A DNA stretch of 64,000 nucleotides from Nannocystales bacterium (GTDB taxonomy: Bacteria > Myxococcota_A > Polyangia > Nannocystales > Nannocystaceae), in the NCBI GenBank assembly GCA_050633305.1, contig JBOEGF010000036.1, positions 1 to 64,000 on the forward strand, given 5' to 3'. The notes beneath the pieces were generated by a model. That model saw nothing but the letters and a program-made list of their open reading frames with translations. It had not been told where the DNA came from and did no database searches. A program made the translations under genes and the position numbers. Below are positions 1-9,547 of the stretch, piece by piece (the first letter of the stretch is position 1; every line of letters begins with the position of its first letter).

Positions 1-55
1 TCCTCGACCTCGGCGACGAGAACTGACTTTTTCTCGACGTTACGGACTCAGGACA

Positions 56-222
56 CTAGCAGGGTGAGGAAAAAGTCCCACGCAGTGCATAACGGCGCCC
101 TCGCCATGCATAGCTGCGTTCCTCATCGGTCACAGGTGTCCAACCAGCTCCCTCTTCGTGCCTTGCTCTGCATGGCGATGACACCGTTCTGCATACGCGC
201 GACTTTTTCCTCACCCTGCTAG
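56..222. mobile_element. MITE-like element: 18-bp terminal inverted repeats flanked by CTAG, with internal arms also complementary (long hairpin)
   Basis: ctagcagggtgaggaaaaagtc (56-77) is the exact reverse complement of gactttttcctcaccctgctag (201-222). Inner segments tgcataacggcgccctcgccatgcatagc and gctctgcatggcgatgacaccgttctgca also pair imperfectly. The ends resemble CAGG..GAAAAAGTC termini of IS5/IS1182-type elements. Confidence 0.6.
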
Positions 223-281
223 AAAAGAGCATGCTTGGCCTCAGAACCCTGCCCGGTCGCGCCGTCGCCAGCCGCCTCCTC

Positions 282-2942
282 CTATCTCGACCTGCTGCTG
301 GGGTCATCCTGGAGCAGAATCCGAATCAGAGGCCCTAGAAGACTTCCAAGGCGCTCGGGCTTTGTGCCGAGTCTTGACAGATAGTCCGCCACCTTCTCGT
401 CATCTGGTGCCCGAGCCTTCCCGAGTTGTTTTGCGACTACAAGGACCGCGGCGTCTGCCTCGTGAGGGCCATGCCGAAGCACCTGGTTCAGCATAGCATC
501 GAACACAACATCGTGACGTTCGAGATCAATCCCAGCGAGCCAGCGGCCAAGCGAATCGTAGAATTCAGCGCTCGTCGCTTGCGCAATATTTCGCGCGAAC
601 TCCGGTCCGACAGCGGACCCCTGAGAGTGTGTCGCGCGCCCAAGCCGGATCCCCGCCGCAAGAGCGCCGCTCTTCTCGGCGGTCTCAAGAACATCTCGGA
701 TGGCCTCTCGTGAAGGCAGAATATCCGCCAACTCCAGCGATGCCACAGTGAGGTTATGGACAAGGACCTTGTGCGGAGTTGTTGGTTCGGGGATCGCGAA
801 CGGGGCGAGAATCGTTGGTGTCTTAACGGCGTGGAGCCATACGTTGGCGAGCGCATCTTCCACTCTGCGGAGCGACTCGTCGAAAGCGCTCCCGAGCATG
901 TCCCGGATCTGCGAGTTCCGGGACACAACAAGAAGCAACGCATCGTAGACATGTGGGAGACCGAGGCTGGGACGTCCGGACGCAGCTGATTCGAGAATAC
1001 GAGCTATGCTCCGGAGCGCCTCTTCCACCGCCCCGCGCCCGGTAAAGCGCGGCGCGAGCAAAAGGGCGCAGGTGCTCTCAGTGACTCGCGAGCTGTGAAG
1101 TGCTTTCGTATCTTCACAGACCGCCGAAATCGTCGATTCGATTCGTTGGCGGAGGTGTTCCCCTTCGAGGAGATCGGGATCGAATCTCTGAAGATAGAAG
1201 AACAGCCGAGAATGCTCTGTGTCTTGTTCAACTCCGAATCGGACAACTTGTTCAACGATTCCGGTACCGAGCGATGCGTCAGAAGTCGAGAGGTCCACGA
1301 CTGGTCTTGAGGTCAAGAAATCCAGACATGGTCGTACCAGCGGCCAAAGGCCCAGCGCCGGGTCCAGTTGTTCAAGGCGTTGGACCACTGTGGTCGCAAT
1401 CGAGGAAAGCTGAGAATCGTCGAAGACTTCCCCGTAGCCGCGCGCGAGTTTTGCTGCGGCCTCCGCGGTTCGCCAACTCGTGCTCAACAGTCCCTCAAGC
1501 ACCGCGTCCTTGACCGCGCTACGAACTCTTAATCTGAGCTCCGGCTTGGAAGCCCTAACCGCATTTAGGGCCTCGAGGGACCGTGTTGAAAGGGAACTTC
1601 CGAACGCTCGGGAGGATTCATCCTTTCTAACAAGTCCCGAAACCCACCCAAGTGCTTCGCACGCGCCCTCTTCTTCATTGACTCCAGAAACGGGAATACA
1701 ACCCGCGAATAGCTCAACCAACACGGCGGAGCGTTCCGCGCGGACACCGGCGTGGGCAGCCGCACGCTTCACCAGGCCTGACACAGCTGCTTTGGTCAGG
1801 ACTTCCGACGCGCCAAATGCCGTCCACTGCGCGTGCTTAAGTAGTCCGGGGTTCGCGGATTCTATAAGAAGTCTGGCCGAAGCAGCGATCGCCCCTGTCC
1901 GCGGCCGAGATCCGCCCGAGTGCTCGCGATTGATGTTCTGCATCGCAAAAATTGCCCGTGCATCGCGGGCGCGAGCGAGTGATCCGATCGCAGTAAGTCG
2001 GCGCACAACGGCCCAGCAGTGCCTGTCTTCCTTGTCATAGTCCGCATTGACCGCGAACTTGAGCGCGACTCCGATATCATGGGACGTCTGAAGCAACGGC
2101 GCTGTGGCGATCTCCGGATTCGCCAAGAAAGAGTTTCTCCTGCGGGAAAGGAAAGCAAGATCCGATCTCGCATTGAGCCTAATCTGAGGTGATACTTCAG
2201 CATTTTCTGGAGGGATCCGTGCCAGTTCTTGTTCGGCGAGATCGGCCCCCTCAGTAACGTAGAGCGCCGCCGCGCTGGCGTGTCGTATGAGGCAGGACCA
2301 GTCTGCTATTGTGGTGCTCTCGACTCGGCGTTCGTCGATTAGGCCCTGCGCTTTCCGATAGCTCAGGAGCGCGGAATTCCAATCGTCGGCGTCCGCTAGC
2401 AGGTCTCCCGCGTGCTTAGTCGCAATCGCATTGAGTGGAAATGGGAGAGCGTCAAGGTCGTTGATCACGTCCGTAGGGGGACTGTTGCTCTCATGTGCGG
2501 CCGATAGTTTTGATACAGAGTCTCTCAGGGTCTTGAAACTCTTCTGGAAAGGGAATAGTTCGCCAATCTTATCAATCGAAGCGAGGTCGCTGGACAGATC
2601 GGCACTGCCGAGTGCAAGTGCCGCTGCGACGCGCTCGGCAATACCCTCCGATGTGGGATTCGACAGGACTACGGGGGAAAGGTCGTCGTCGGAGCGTACG
2701 GCTGAGAGAATAAGACGCTGTAGTTTCCCAAGATCAGCGGGTCGGCTTGATCGCGGAAGAACCGCAAGGCTGTCGGGCCAACCTTCCTCCGCTGATATCC
2801 AATGCTCGAACATCTCACCGAATTTCCCAAGTGACAAGTTCTGGATGGTTGCAAGCAACGTGCGAACCGGCAAGAAATGCCGGAGTGCGATCCATGCCAT
2901 CCAGTGCGATTCCAAGTGATCTGTTGAAAAAATTCTAGTCAT
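282..2942 (-). CDS. Large uncharacterised alpha-helical (TPR/HEAT-like) protein, ~886 aa
   Basis: Long ORF (track 282..3029). The ATG at 2942 overlaps the stop of the upstream gene (2935-2937), implying coupling. Ala/Leu-rich helices, TPR-like AGDLLADADDWNSALLSYRKA, no catalytic motif recognised. Confidence 0.75.
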   Translation of the reverse strand: MTRIFSTDHLESHWMAWIALRHFLPVRTLLATIQNLSLGKFGEMFEHWISAEEGWPDSLAVLPRSSRPADLGKLQRLILSAVRSDDDLSPVVLSNPTSEGIAERVAAALALGSADLSSDLASIDKIGELFPFQKSFKTLRDSVSKLSAAHESNSPPTDVINDLDALPFPLNAIATKHAGDLLADADDWNSALLSYRKAQGLIDERRVESTTIADWSCLIRHASAAALYVTEGADLAEQELARIPPENAEVSPQIRLNARSDLAFLSRRRNSFLANPEIATAPLLQTSHDIGVALKFAVNADYDKEDRHCWAVVRRLTAIGSLARARDARAIFAMQNINREHSGGSRPRTGAIAASARLLIESANPGLLKHAQWTAFGASEVLTKAAVSGLVKRAAAHAGVRAERSAVLVELFAGCIPVSGVNEEEGACEALGWVSGLVRKDESSRAFGSSLSTRSLEALNAVRASKPELRLRVRSAVKDAVLEGLLSTSWRTAEAAAKLARGYGEVFDDSQLSSIATTVVQRLEQLDPALGLWPLVRPCLDFLTSRPVVDLSTSDASLGTGIVEQVVRFGVEQDTEHSRLFFYLQRFDPDLLEGEHLRQRIESTISAVCEDTKALHSSRVTESTCALLLAPRFTGRGAVEEALRSIARILESAASGRPSLGLPHVYDALLLVVSRNSQIRDMLGSAFDESLRRVEDALANVWLHAVKTPTILAPFAIPEPTTPHKVLVHNLTVASLELADILPSREAIRDVLETAEKSGALAAGIRLGRATHSQGSAVGPEFARNIAQATSAEFYDSLGRWLAGIDLERHDVVFDAMLNQVLRHGPHEADAAVLVVAKQLGKARAPDDEKVADYLSRLGTKPERLGSLLGPLIRILLQDDPSSRSR

Positions 2943-4221
2943 CGGAGCCCCCTCGGCTTCTGAACTGTATGTTTTCCTCAGCGTCTCGGATGCCGTCCGC
3001 GATGGTGCAGCTCGCGGCGGTGAGCGCACTGTCGTGCCCGGAAATGTCTCTCGGCAGACGATGAAGTGTAAAGGAAAGGGTGGATACGACAGCTTCTTCC
3101 GGGCCTCGAGGCATTTGCACCAGATGCGCTGCTACTTCGTTCGGTTGTGAGCGGTCGAACCACGCGTTGTCCTGCTGCGACCCTTCCCGACCGTAGAAGT
3201 CGAAGTTCAGTTCTCCGCTCGGTGTTCCAGAGAGCTTTGCGGGGATGAATGCTCCGGATAACCCCGCTGGAGCATTTGCGACTTCTCCGAAGTTCGACAG
3301 GACGAACACTGCGTGCTTGTGTCGGCGAAATGGCTCCGTGAAGGCTGCGCTGGCGAAGGCCTCCCGGAAAGCTTGCTTCCACCTGGTTGAAGCAGTGACC
3401 TTTCCCGCTCCCACGAGTTGCGGCGTGCATGCGGAAACCGAGACAATATCGATCGCCTGGGGCGTGGGTGTTATCGTGCAATGGTCGCTGGAGATGCATC
3501 GTACTGGGTTGGGAAGACCCCGGTCGGATTCCCCGATGAGTGTGTCGGAACACACTACGGGTTGCACCGAAATTGTAGTTGTGGCCGCTCTCGAAGGCTC
3601 GAGGTTGACTACGGTTAATATTTCGCCTTCTTCCATGTACGTCTCCGGGAGGCTGCCCCTTTCATATTTGGATCTGATACTCTTAGGGAAGAGACACAGC
3701 TTCAGAGCTTGTTGGTCTGAGTCGTAGGCCATTGCAATGGCGAGGTTCACATGGGCTTCGTCAACAAGTCCCTCTAACCACTCCTTGACAATAGAGTTGT
3801 CGTCTGGCGAAAACGCGGTGGTCGCCGCGACTAGCTCGAGAGCGCTACGCTTCGTGAAAAGGTGCGACGCTCCCTGGTCATCTGGCCTGAGTCCGGTCTG
3901 AAGGCACCCTTCGAGCGCTTGTACCGCGCGGGAGCTTGCGAACTTCAAAAGAGCCGATGCCGGGAGGAAGGCCTCGGGAAAGGTGGTCAAGTCGGGTGGT
4001 CGCGGCGATGGTTCCGGGCCGGACCTATCACCCGGCGTTGCGAAGGTTGACTTCCCGCCGACGATGAGGCCAAACACGCTGTAGAAGATCTCCTCATGTG
4101 TCCCGGGAGCGTACTTGCGCGGTTCGACCACACAAACCCGGAATGGGTGTTGACTTCGACGCGTGCGCCAGGTTCTCGCGTTCGCAGCCAGCCGGCTGCC
4201 TGCCATATGAAGATCTGCCAC
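2935..4221 (-). CDS. Carbon-nitrogen hydrolase (nitrilase)-fold protein
   Basis: Ordered motifs PDLTTFPEAFLP (Glu), LFPKSIRSKYE (Lys) and VQPVVCSD (Cys) match the E-K-C triad layout. Start is GTG 4221 or ATG 4206. Confidence 0.65.
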   Translation of the reverse strand: MADLHMAGSRLAANARTWRTRRSQHPFRVCVVEPRKYAPGTHEEIFYSVFGLIVGGKSTFATPGDRSGPEPSPRPPDLTTFPEAFLPASALLKFASSRAVQALEGCLQTGLRPDDQGASHLFTKRSALELVAATTAFSPDDNSIVKEWLEGLVDEAHVNLAIAMAYDSDQQALKLCLFPKSIRSKYERGSLPETYMEEGEILTVVNLEPSRAATTTISVQPVVCSDTLIGESDRGLPNPVRCISSDHCTITPTPQAIDIVSVSACTPQLVGAGKVTASTRWKQAFREAFASAAFTEPFRRHKHAVFVLSNFGEVANAPAGLSGAFIPAKLSGTPSGELNFDFYGREGSQQDNAWFDRSQPNEVAAHLVQMPRGPEEAVVSTLSFTLHRLPRDISGHDSALTAASCTIADGIRDAEENIQFRSRGGSDD

Positions 4222-4328
4222 GTCTGAGCACTAGGGTGCACGCCCCTTCCTGCTTTTGGAAGGGGAAACCCGCGACCGCCGTAGCCCAGTTCTGTGAAAG
4301 ACAGTGGGAGTCCCTTTGACTCTCGCGC

Positions 4329-5378
4329 GTGGGGACGGACATGCCCACCTCCTCGCCACCCCCCATCCCCGCCAGCACCTGCGTCGTCGCCGTCCGCCCC
4401 GACTGGACCGACAACCGCGGCTTGCTCGGCTACTACAACCCGATCACCCGCGAGTACCAACCCACCCCCTTCCTGCGGCTCTTGGTCGCCGCCGCCGACG
4501 AGTACCGCCAGGCCCAGCGCGCCCGTCGGCCCTCGCTCCCGTTCTTCGCCATCCTCGACGAGATGAACCTCGCCCGGGTCGAGCACTACTTCTCCGACTT
4601 CCTCTCCTGCCTCGAGTCCGGCGAACCCATCCATCTGCACGACGACCCCCTCGTCGCCGCCGGTGCCTCCGAGGACGGAGACCCCGTCCCCCTGCACATC
4701 ACCATTCCTCCCAACCTCTTCATCACCGGCACCGTCAACGTCGACGAGACCACCTACATGTTCAGCCCCAAGGTGCTCGACCGAGCCTTCGTGCTCGAGT
4801 TCAACGACGTCAATCTGCACGGCCTCGGCGCCAGCGACAGCGACGACGCCGACCAAGACCCCAGCCCCCTCAGCCTCAAGCGCTTCGCCGGCGCCCTCGA
4901 CGTCCGCGGCAAGCCCACCCCCTCCGACTACGGCTCCTTCCGCGAGCTCCTGGGCGGCGCCCTGCACCGTGCCCTCCTGGGCCTCAACGCCCGCCTGCAG
5001 ACCGAGCACCGACACTTCGGCTACCGCGTCGCCATCGAGATCGCCCGCTTCGTCGGTCTCGCCCGCACCCAGGCCGGCGAGGGCGCACCAGTCCTGTGGG
5101 ACGCCTTCGATGTCGCCCTTGTCGCCAAGGTCCTCCCCAAGCTCCACGGCACCCAACAGGAGGTCGAGGAGATCCTCGAGCGACTGCTCGCCTTCGCCGT
5201 CGATGTCGAGGCCACCGGCGACCAACGCGACAGCGGTGCCGACTGGGACCTCGCCGACGGTCAGCTCGTCGCCAACGGCGAGGGCAGGGCGCCCCCACGC
5301 CTGCCGCGAGCGGCGGCCAAGCTCTGGCGCATGCTCCGGCGCGTCCGCCAGATCGGCTTCGTCTCGTTCATCGAGTAG
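4329..5378 (+). pseudogene. mcrB: McrB-family AAA+ GTPase, 5'-truncated (no Walker A, no N-terminal recognition domain)
   Basis: VAVRPDWTDNRGLLGYYNP, ILDEMNLARVEHYFSDFLS (Walker B), GTVNVDETT (NxxD-type) and FSPKVLDRA are present. No GxxGxGKT is found in or upstream of the ORF. Confidence 0.75.
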
Positions 5379-5385
5379 GCCGCCC

Positions 5386-7023
5386 ATGGCGCTGTCCATC
5401 ACCTCGCATCGCACCGGAGACCCGCCCGAGCGCAGCCCCTGTGGCGCAACGCGACTGTCCGCCGAAGTCCCCTGGCTCGTCCAGGGCGATGCCGAACTCG
5501 TCGCCGCCGTCGAGAACGAGCTGCCCCTGTTCTGCGAGCGCGTCGGCCCTGCGCTGCTCTTGCGCTTCGGCAACGCCGTCGGCGGATTCGATGGCGGTCC
5601 CCTCGGGCGCTTGTCCGTGCACTCCGACAAGTGGGGCGAGTCCGACTTCGATCGCATGCTCGGCGAGATCGCCGGCCGCCTCGCCATCTTGCCCTTCGCC
5701 GCCTCCACCGGAGCCGAGCGAGCACTGCAGCACCGTGGCCCCGCCGCGCACCGCGTCCTCTACCACGCCTTCGCCTACCTTCGATATCTGCTCAGCCCCG
5801 CCGCGCTCCCCGACGACCGCCTCGCCGTCGCCCTGCGCCTGATCCTCTCCCGTCCCCACCGAAGGCTCCGCCGCGTCACCCAGTGGTCTCCCTTGGGGGC
5901 GCTTTGGAGCATCGAGCCACGCGCACTCCTGGCTGCCGTCACCCCGCGCGCCGCCCTCCACCGCGCCCCTCCCGGCCGCGCCCCCGCATTCGCCCGCTCG
6001 CTGCGAGGCCATCTCCCCGAGCAACTCGAAGAGACCCGCGCCCAGGACATGCTCGACGTCCCCGAGAACCGCTTCGTGAAGGCCTTCCTGGTCGAGGCTG
6101 AGTCGATCATCGAGCGCGTCCGCGACCTGGCCCTCCACATGAAGCCAGGCCACTTCCGCGACCGCCTGCTCGCCGACAGCGACCGCATGACCCGGACCCT
6201 CGCCCCCGTCCGCAAACACCCCCTGTGGCGCGAAGTCTCCCAGATGCCTCGCCTCCCCGCCGAGTCCCAGGTCCTCCAGCGCGGCCGAGGCTACCGCGAG
6301 GTCTTCCGCAGCTACATCCGCCTGCGCCAAAGCGCCCGCCTCCTCCCGATGGACGACGAGGCAACCCAGCACCTCCTCGAGATCAAGGACATCGCCGAGC
6401 TCTACGAGATGTGGTGCTTCTTCGAAGTCCAGCGCCAGGTCACCATCGCCCTCGGCCGACCGCCCATCCTCGCCGAGACCGCCACCGTCGGCGACCTCGC
6501 CGCCCACCTCGGCCGCGGCCTCCGCGTGGCCTGGGACGGCGACGTCGAGCTCTTCTACAACCTCAGCCACTCCCGCACCGGGGCGAACCGCTCCTACTCC
6601 GTCTTGCTGCGCCCCGACATCGTCCTGCGCGTGCCCAGAGACTCCGGCCACGAGGACCACGTCTTCGACGCCAAGTTCAAGGTCCGCCGGATCGCCCCCG
6701 ACATCCCCGACATCGCCGACACCGACGAGGAGAACCGCGGCGTCTTCAAGCGAGCCGACCTGTACAAGATGCACGCCTACCGAGACGCCCTCCCAGCCGT
6801 GCGCTCAGCCTGGGTTCTCTATCCCGGGACCGACCTGCGGTTCTTCGCCATGAGCGGCGCCGTGGCCAACTCCGTAGACGAGCTTCCGCTCGATCCTTCC
6901 GGCGTGGGCGCTGTTCCGCTCAGCCCCGGCGGTGACAACGACATCGCTCGCATCATCGGGAAGCTCATCACAAGGGATGAGACCTCGCCCGTTCTGCCTC
7001 GATCCAACCCGTCGGGCGCTTGA
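5386..7023 (+). CDS. McrC-like DUF2357 / PD-(D/E)XK restriction nuclease subunit
   Basis: ATG 7 nt after the mcrB stop. DVPENRFVK, LYEMWCFF, LRPDIVL, FDAKFK and DLYKMHAYRDAL motifs. Confidence 0.85.
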   Translation: MALSITSHRTGDPPERSPCGATRLSAEVPWLVQGDAELVAAVENELPLFCERVGPALLLRFGNAVGGFDGGPLGRLSVHSDKWGESDFDRMLGEIAGRLAILPFAASTGAERALQHRGPAAHRVLYHAFAYLRYLLSPAALPDDRLAVALRLILSRPHRRLRRVTQWSPLGALWSIEPRALLAAVTPRAALHRAPPGRAPAFARSLRGHLPEQLEETRAQDMLDVPENRFVKAFLVEAESIIERVRDLALHMKPGHFRDRLLADSDRMTRTLAPVRKHPLWREVSQMPRLPAESQVLQRGRGYREVFRSYIRLRQSARLLPMDDEATQHLLEIKDIAELYEMWCFFEVQRQVTIALGRPPILAETATVGDLAAHLGRGLRVAWDGDVELFYNLSHSRTGANRSYSVLLRPDIVLRVPRDSGHEDHVFDAKFKVRRIAPDIPDIADTDEENRGVFKRADLYKMHAYRDALPAVRSAWVLYPGTDLRFFAMSGAVANSVDELPLDPSGVGAVPLSPGGDNDIARIIGKLITRDETSPVLPRSNPSGA

Positions 7024-7214
7024 ACTTCTGGTCCCTGCGACAGCTCGTCCAGCCGGGCTGGTGCCGAATCCTGCCTTGTCCGCAAGCGGTTGCGACGCCT
7101 TGGGACAGGTGTCTGTCGAGCGGTGCCGCGCGCGACAGTTCCACGACGGAACGTCGATTGTGGGTTCGAAGCCGGATGCGCTTCATCGAAACACCAACGT
7201 AGGAAGCAATCACG

Positions 7215-8306
7215 ATGACGAAGAAGAGAATCGGACGACAGTGTGCCCTCGCTTTGGCGGTGGCTATCCTCGGCTCAGCCTGTGGAACCTTCGACGAGCC
7301 CGAGGGCGAGACCGACTCCGGCGGCGCCGGCGGTGACAGCACCGGACAGGACAACCAGAACGACGGTCCCGGGGTATGGCTCGACTGTGGCTATCATTTG
7401 ATCGACACCAACTTCCCAACCGCGTCAGGAGTGGCCTATCCGCATCCTCGGACGATGTGTGTCGACCCGGCTTCCCCGCAGTTTGACGGCAACGGTGACG
7501 GCTCGCTCAACCTGGAGGAGATGATCGGCGCCTGTGAACTCAAGTGCCCCAATGGGCCTGGCGGCTACCCTTTCGACGGGCCTGGGCTCTCGGGGAGTTG
7601 GGATGCTTTCGCGCCCACCGACGTGCATCCTCCGTTCAATGGGTGCTTTGCCGTGGAAGCTCGTGTCGACCAGGACGAAGGAGCGTGTGATCCCTCCAGT
7701 CCTGTTCATTCTGAGCCTTGGCCCACGACGCTCACGCCCCCCACGCACGAAGGGACGTTCACATCTGATCAGACCGGAAGCCATGCAACCGTCAACGTCA
7801 ACGGCGTCCCGCAGTCGCTCGAGTTTGCCGGGGATGTGGCATTCTCGGTCTACGACTGCGAGGAGCGCGGACGTCAGCAAGCCTGTCTGCTCGACTTGCA
7901 GCACCTCGCTATCACGCTCGGGTCCGTGCCCGTGTTCGGGGAGTACGAGGTCAGCTTCGCGCAGCTGAGCTTCAACCGCACGACGACGGCTCCCGTGTCC
8001 TTCGCCTGCGATGCGAGCGGGTGCTCGGGGAGCTTCGAGTTCCTCGCACGGTCGGGAACGACGATCGCAGCTGATCTCAACTTTGAGCAAAAGCATCTCT
8101 CGACCGGGACACCCGGCGGGGGCTACATCGGCTTGGGAGCGGACGGGCTTGGACAGTTCACCCGGGTGATCGGTGAACTCGACCTCGACACGACAAAGTC
8201 TACCGGTACGCTCTGGCTGCGGGGCGAGGGAAAGGACGCGATGGGCGGCGAGTTCGCATCGACAACCTTCGACTTGACCTCCGCAGTCAGTCGACCGAGC
8301 CTGTAG
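7215..8306 (+). CDS. Hypothetical lipoprotein (Cys-containing, beta-rich C-terminus)
   Basis: Signal peptide with lipobox ILGSAC, acidic Gly-rich linker, RBS-like aggaag upstream. Confidence 0.75.
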   Translation: MTKKRIGRQCALALAVAILGSACGTFDEPEGETDSGGAGGDSTGQDNQNDGPGVWLDCGYHLIDTNFPTASGVAYPHPRTMCVDPASPQFDGNGDGSLNLEEMIGACELKCPNGPGGYPFDGPGLSGSWDAFAPTDVHPPFNGCFAVEARVDQDEGACDPSSPVHSEPWPTTLTPPTHEGTFTSDQTGSHATVNVNGVPQSLEFAGDVAFSVYDCEERGRQQACLLDLQHLAITLGSVPVFGEYEVSFAQLSFNRTTTAPVSFACDASGCSGSFEFLARSGTTIAADLNFEQKHLSTGTPGGGYIGLGADGLGQFTRVIGELDLDTTKSTGTLWLRGEGKDAMGGEFASTTFDLTSAVSRPSL

Positions 8307-8308
8307 CC

Positions 8309-9370
8309 GTGCCTCGGCGACGAACGCTTGGTCTCGCGGCGGCCGCGGCGGCGCTCCTGGGCTGCCAACCCTCGTCCGCCACGTCTACGTGGAACGGAGC
8401 GTTCGTCACGGCCTACTCCGACGAGGGCGTCGAGCTGTGCGGCGGGACCTCCGACTTCCTCGACCGCTATGCCCGGAGTATCGGGACCTACTGGACCGGC
8501 GAACGCTGGTCCGGCCCACAGGAGCCCTTCACAATCGAGCTCCGCGCCACCCCGGGTGACGCGGCGGGACGCTCCCTCTCTGCTGAGTTCGCTTGGGTTG
8601 GCGCAGGATCGAGCCTGCAGCATGAACTCGTCCACCTTGTAACGTGGACGGAGGACGGGGTCTCCGCACCCGCGCTGGCCGAGGGGGTTGCGGAGGGGCT
8701 CGGCGCCAGCCGGACCGCCGAGATCTGGTTCGATGCGTTCGCCCAGGAGCACCCCGAGGACTTCGCCTTTTTGCCTGCGGAGGAGTTTCAGCCCGATACC
8801 GGTACGTACTACGTCGGAGCCGCGCAGATGGTTGCGGCGCTCGAGCGGCGATACGGTATCGAGGCCGTTCGCCGTGCTTATCAACGCGCACCTCGCGACG
8901 GGCCGCCCGATGAGATCGAGGACGCTTATCTCGAGGCCTTCGGGGACAGTCTCTACGAGACCTTCGACGAAACCGCGGACGAGCGGCCTTGCGGGTTCCG
9001 TCAGTGGCAATGCGACGCCTCCGTCGTTCCCACCGTCGAGCTGCCCTTCGGGTTCACCGCGGCCCAGACCGCAGCGTGCGGGGATGAAACACTCATCGGG
9101 GCCGAACTTTCCGGGGACAGCCACTGGTACCCCGAGGCGGTGTTCGCCCTCGAGCTCGACCAGGAGACGTCGTTCATCTTCGAGGAGGACAACGCGTTCG
9201 TCCACGGGTTCACTTGTCGAACCACCTGCGAAGGCCCGAACGGGGTCCCTCCGGATGTCGTCTATCCCTACGTCGGCGTGCCGACCACGCTTCCAGCGGG
9301 GCGATACTTCTTTCGGGTTCGGTCGGGAGACCGCGTGAATCCGTTCTCGTTTTCGCTGCGGCCGGCTTGA
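8309..9370 (+). CDS. Lipoprotein with HEXXH zinc-metallopeptidase motif (gluzincin-like)
   Basis: Lipobox ALLGC; LQHELVHLV followed by ALAEGVAE; starts 2 nt after the previous gene. Confidence 0.75.
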   Translation: MPRRRTLGLAAAAAALLGCQPSSATSTWNGAFVTAYSDEGVELCGGTSDFLDRYARSIGTYWTGERWSGPQEPFTIELRATPGDAAGRSLSAEFAWVGAGSSLQHELVHLVTWTEDGVSAPALAEGVAEGLGASRTAEIWFDAFAQEHPEDFAFLPAEEFQPDTGTYYVGAAQMVAALERRYGIEAVRRAYQRAPRDGPPDEIEDAYLEAFGDSLYETFDETADERPCGFRQWQCDASVVPTVELPFGFTAAQTAACGDETLIGAELSGDSHWYPEAVFALELDQETSFIFEEDNAFVHGFTCRTTCEGPNGVPPDVVYPYVGVPTTLPAGRYFFRVRSGDRVNPFSFSLRPA

Positions 9371-9547
9371 GTCGGTGCACAGCGCTCGATGGTACCGTCC
9401 AACCGGTCCTGCTTCGCTTCGACGTTCCCGCGCACCCACGCAACCCCGGGAAAGAACCGATGGGATCCGTGGTCGTCTCGGCCGTCGGTGCGCTTCCGCT
9501 CATGCCACGAGTGCAGCTAGATGTCGTGGCGGAACTCGTCGCGAAGA

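Noticed and set aside
56..222. Retron msr-msd or DRT ncRNA interpretation of the hairpin
   Set aside because: No reverse transcriptase is present in the window, and IS-like ends with flanking CTAG explain it better. The gene ending at position 26 cannot be seen, so this is not fully excluded.
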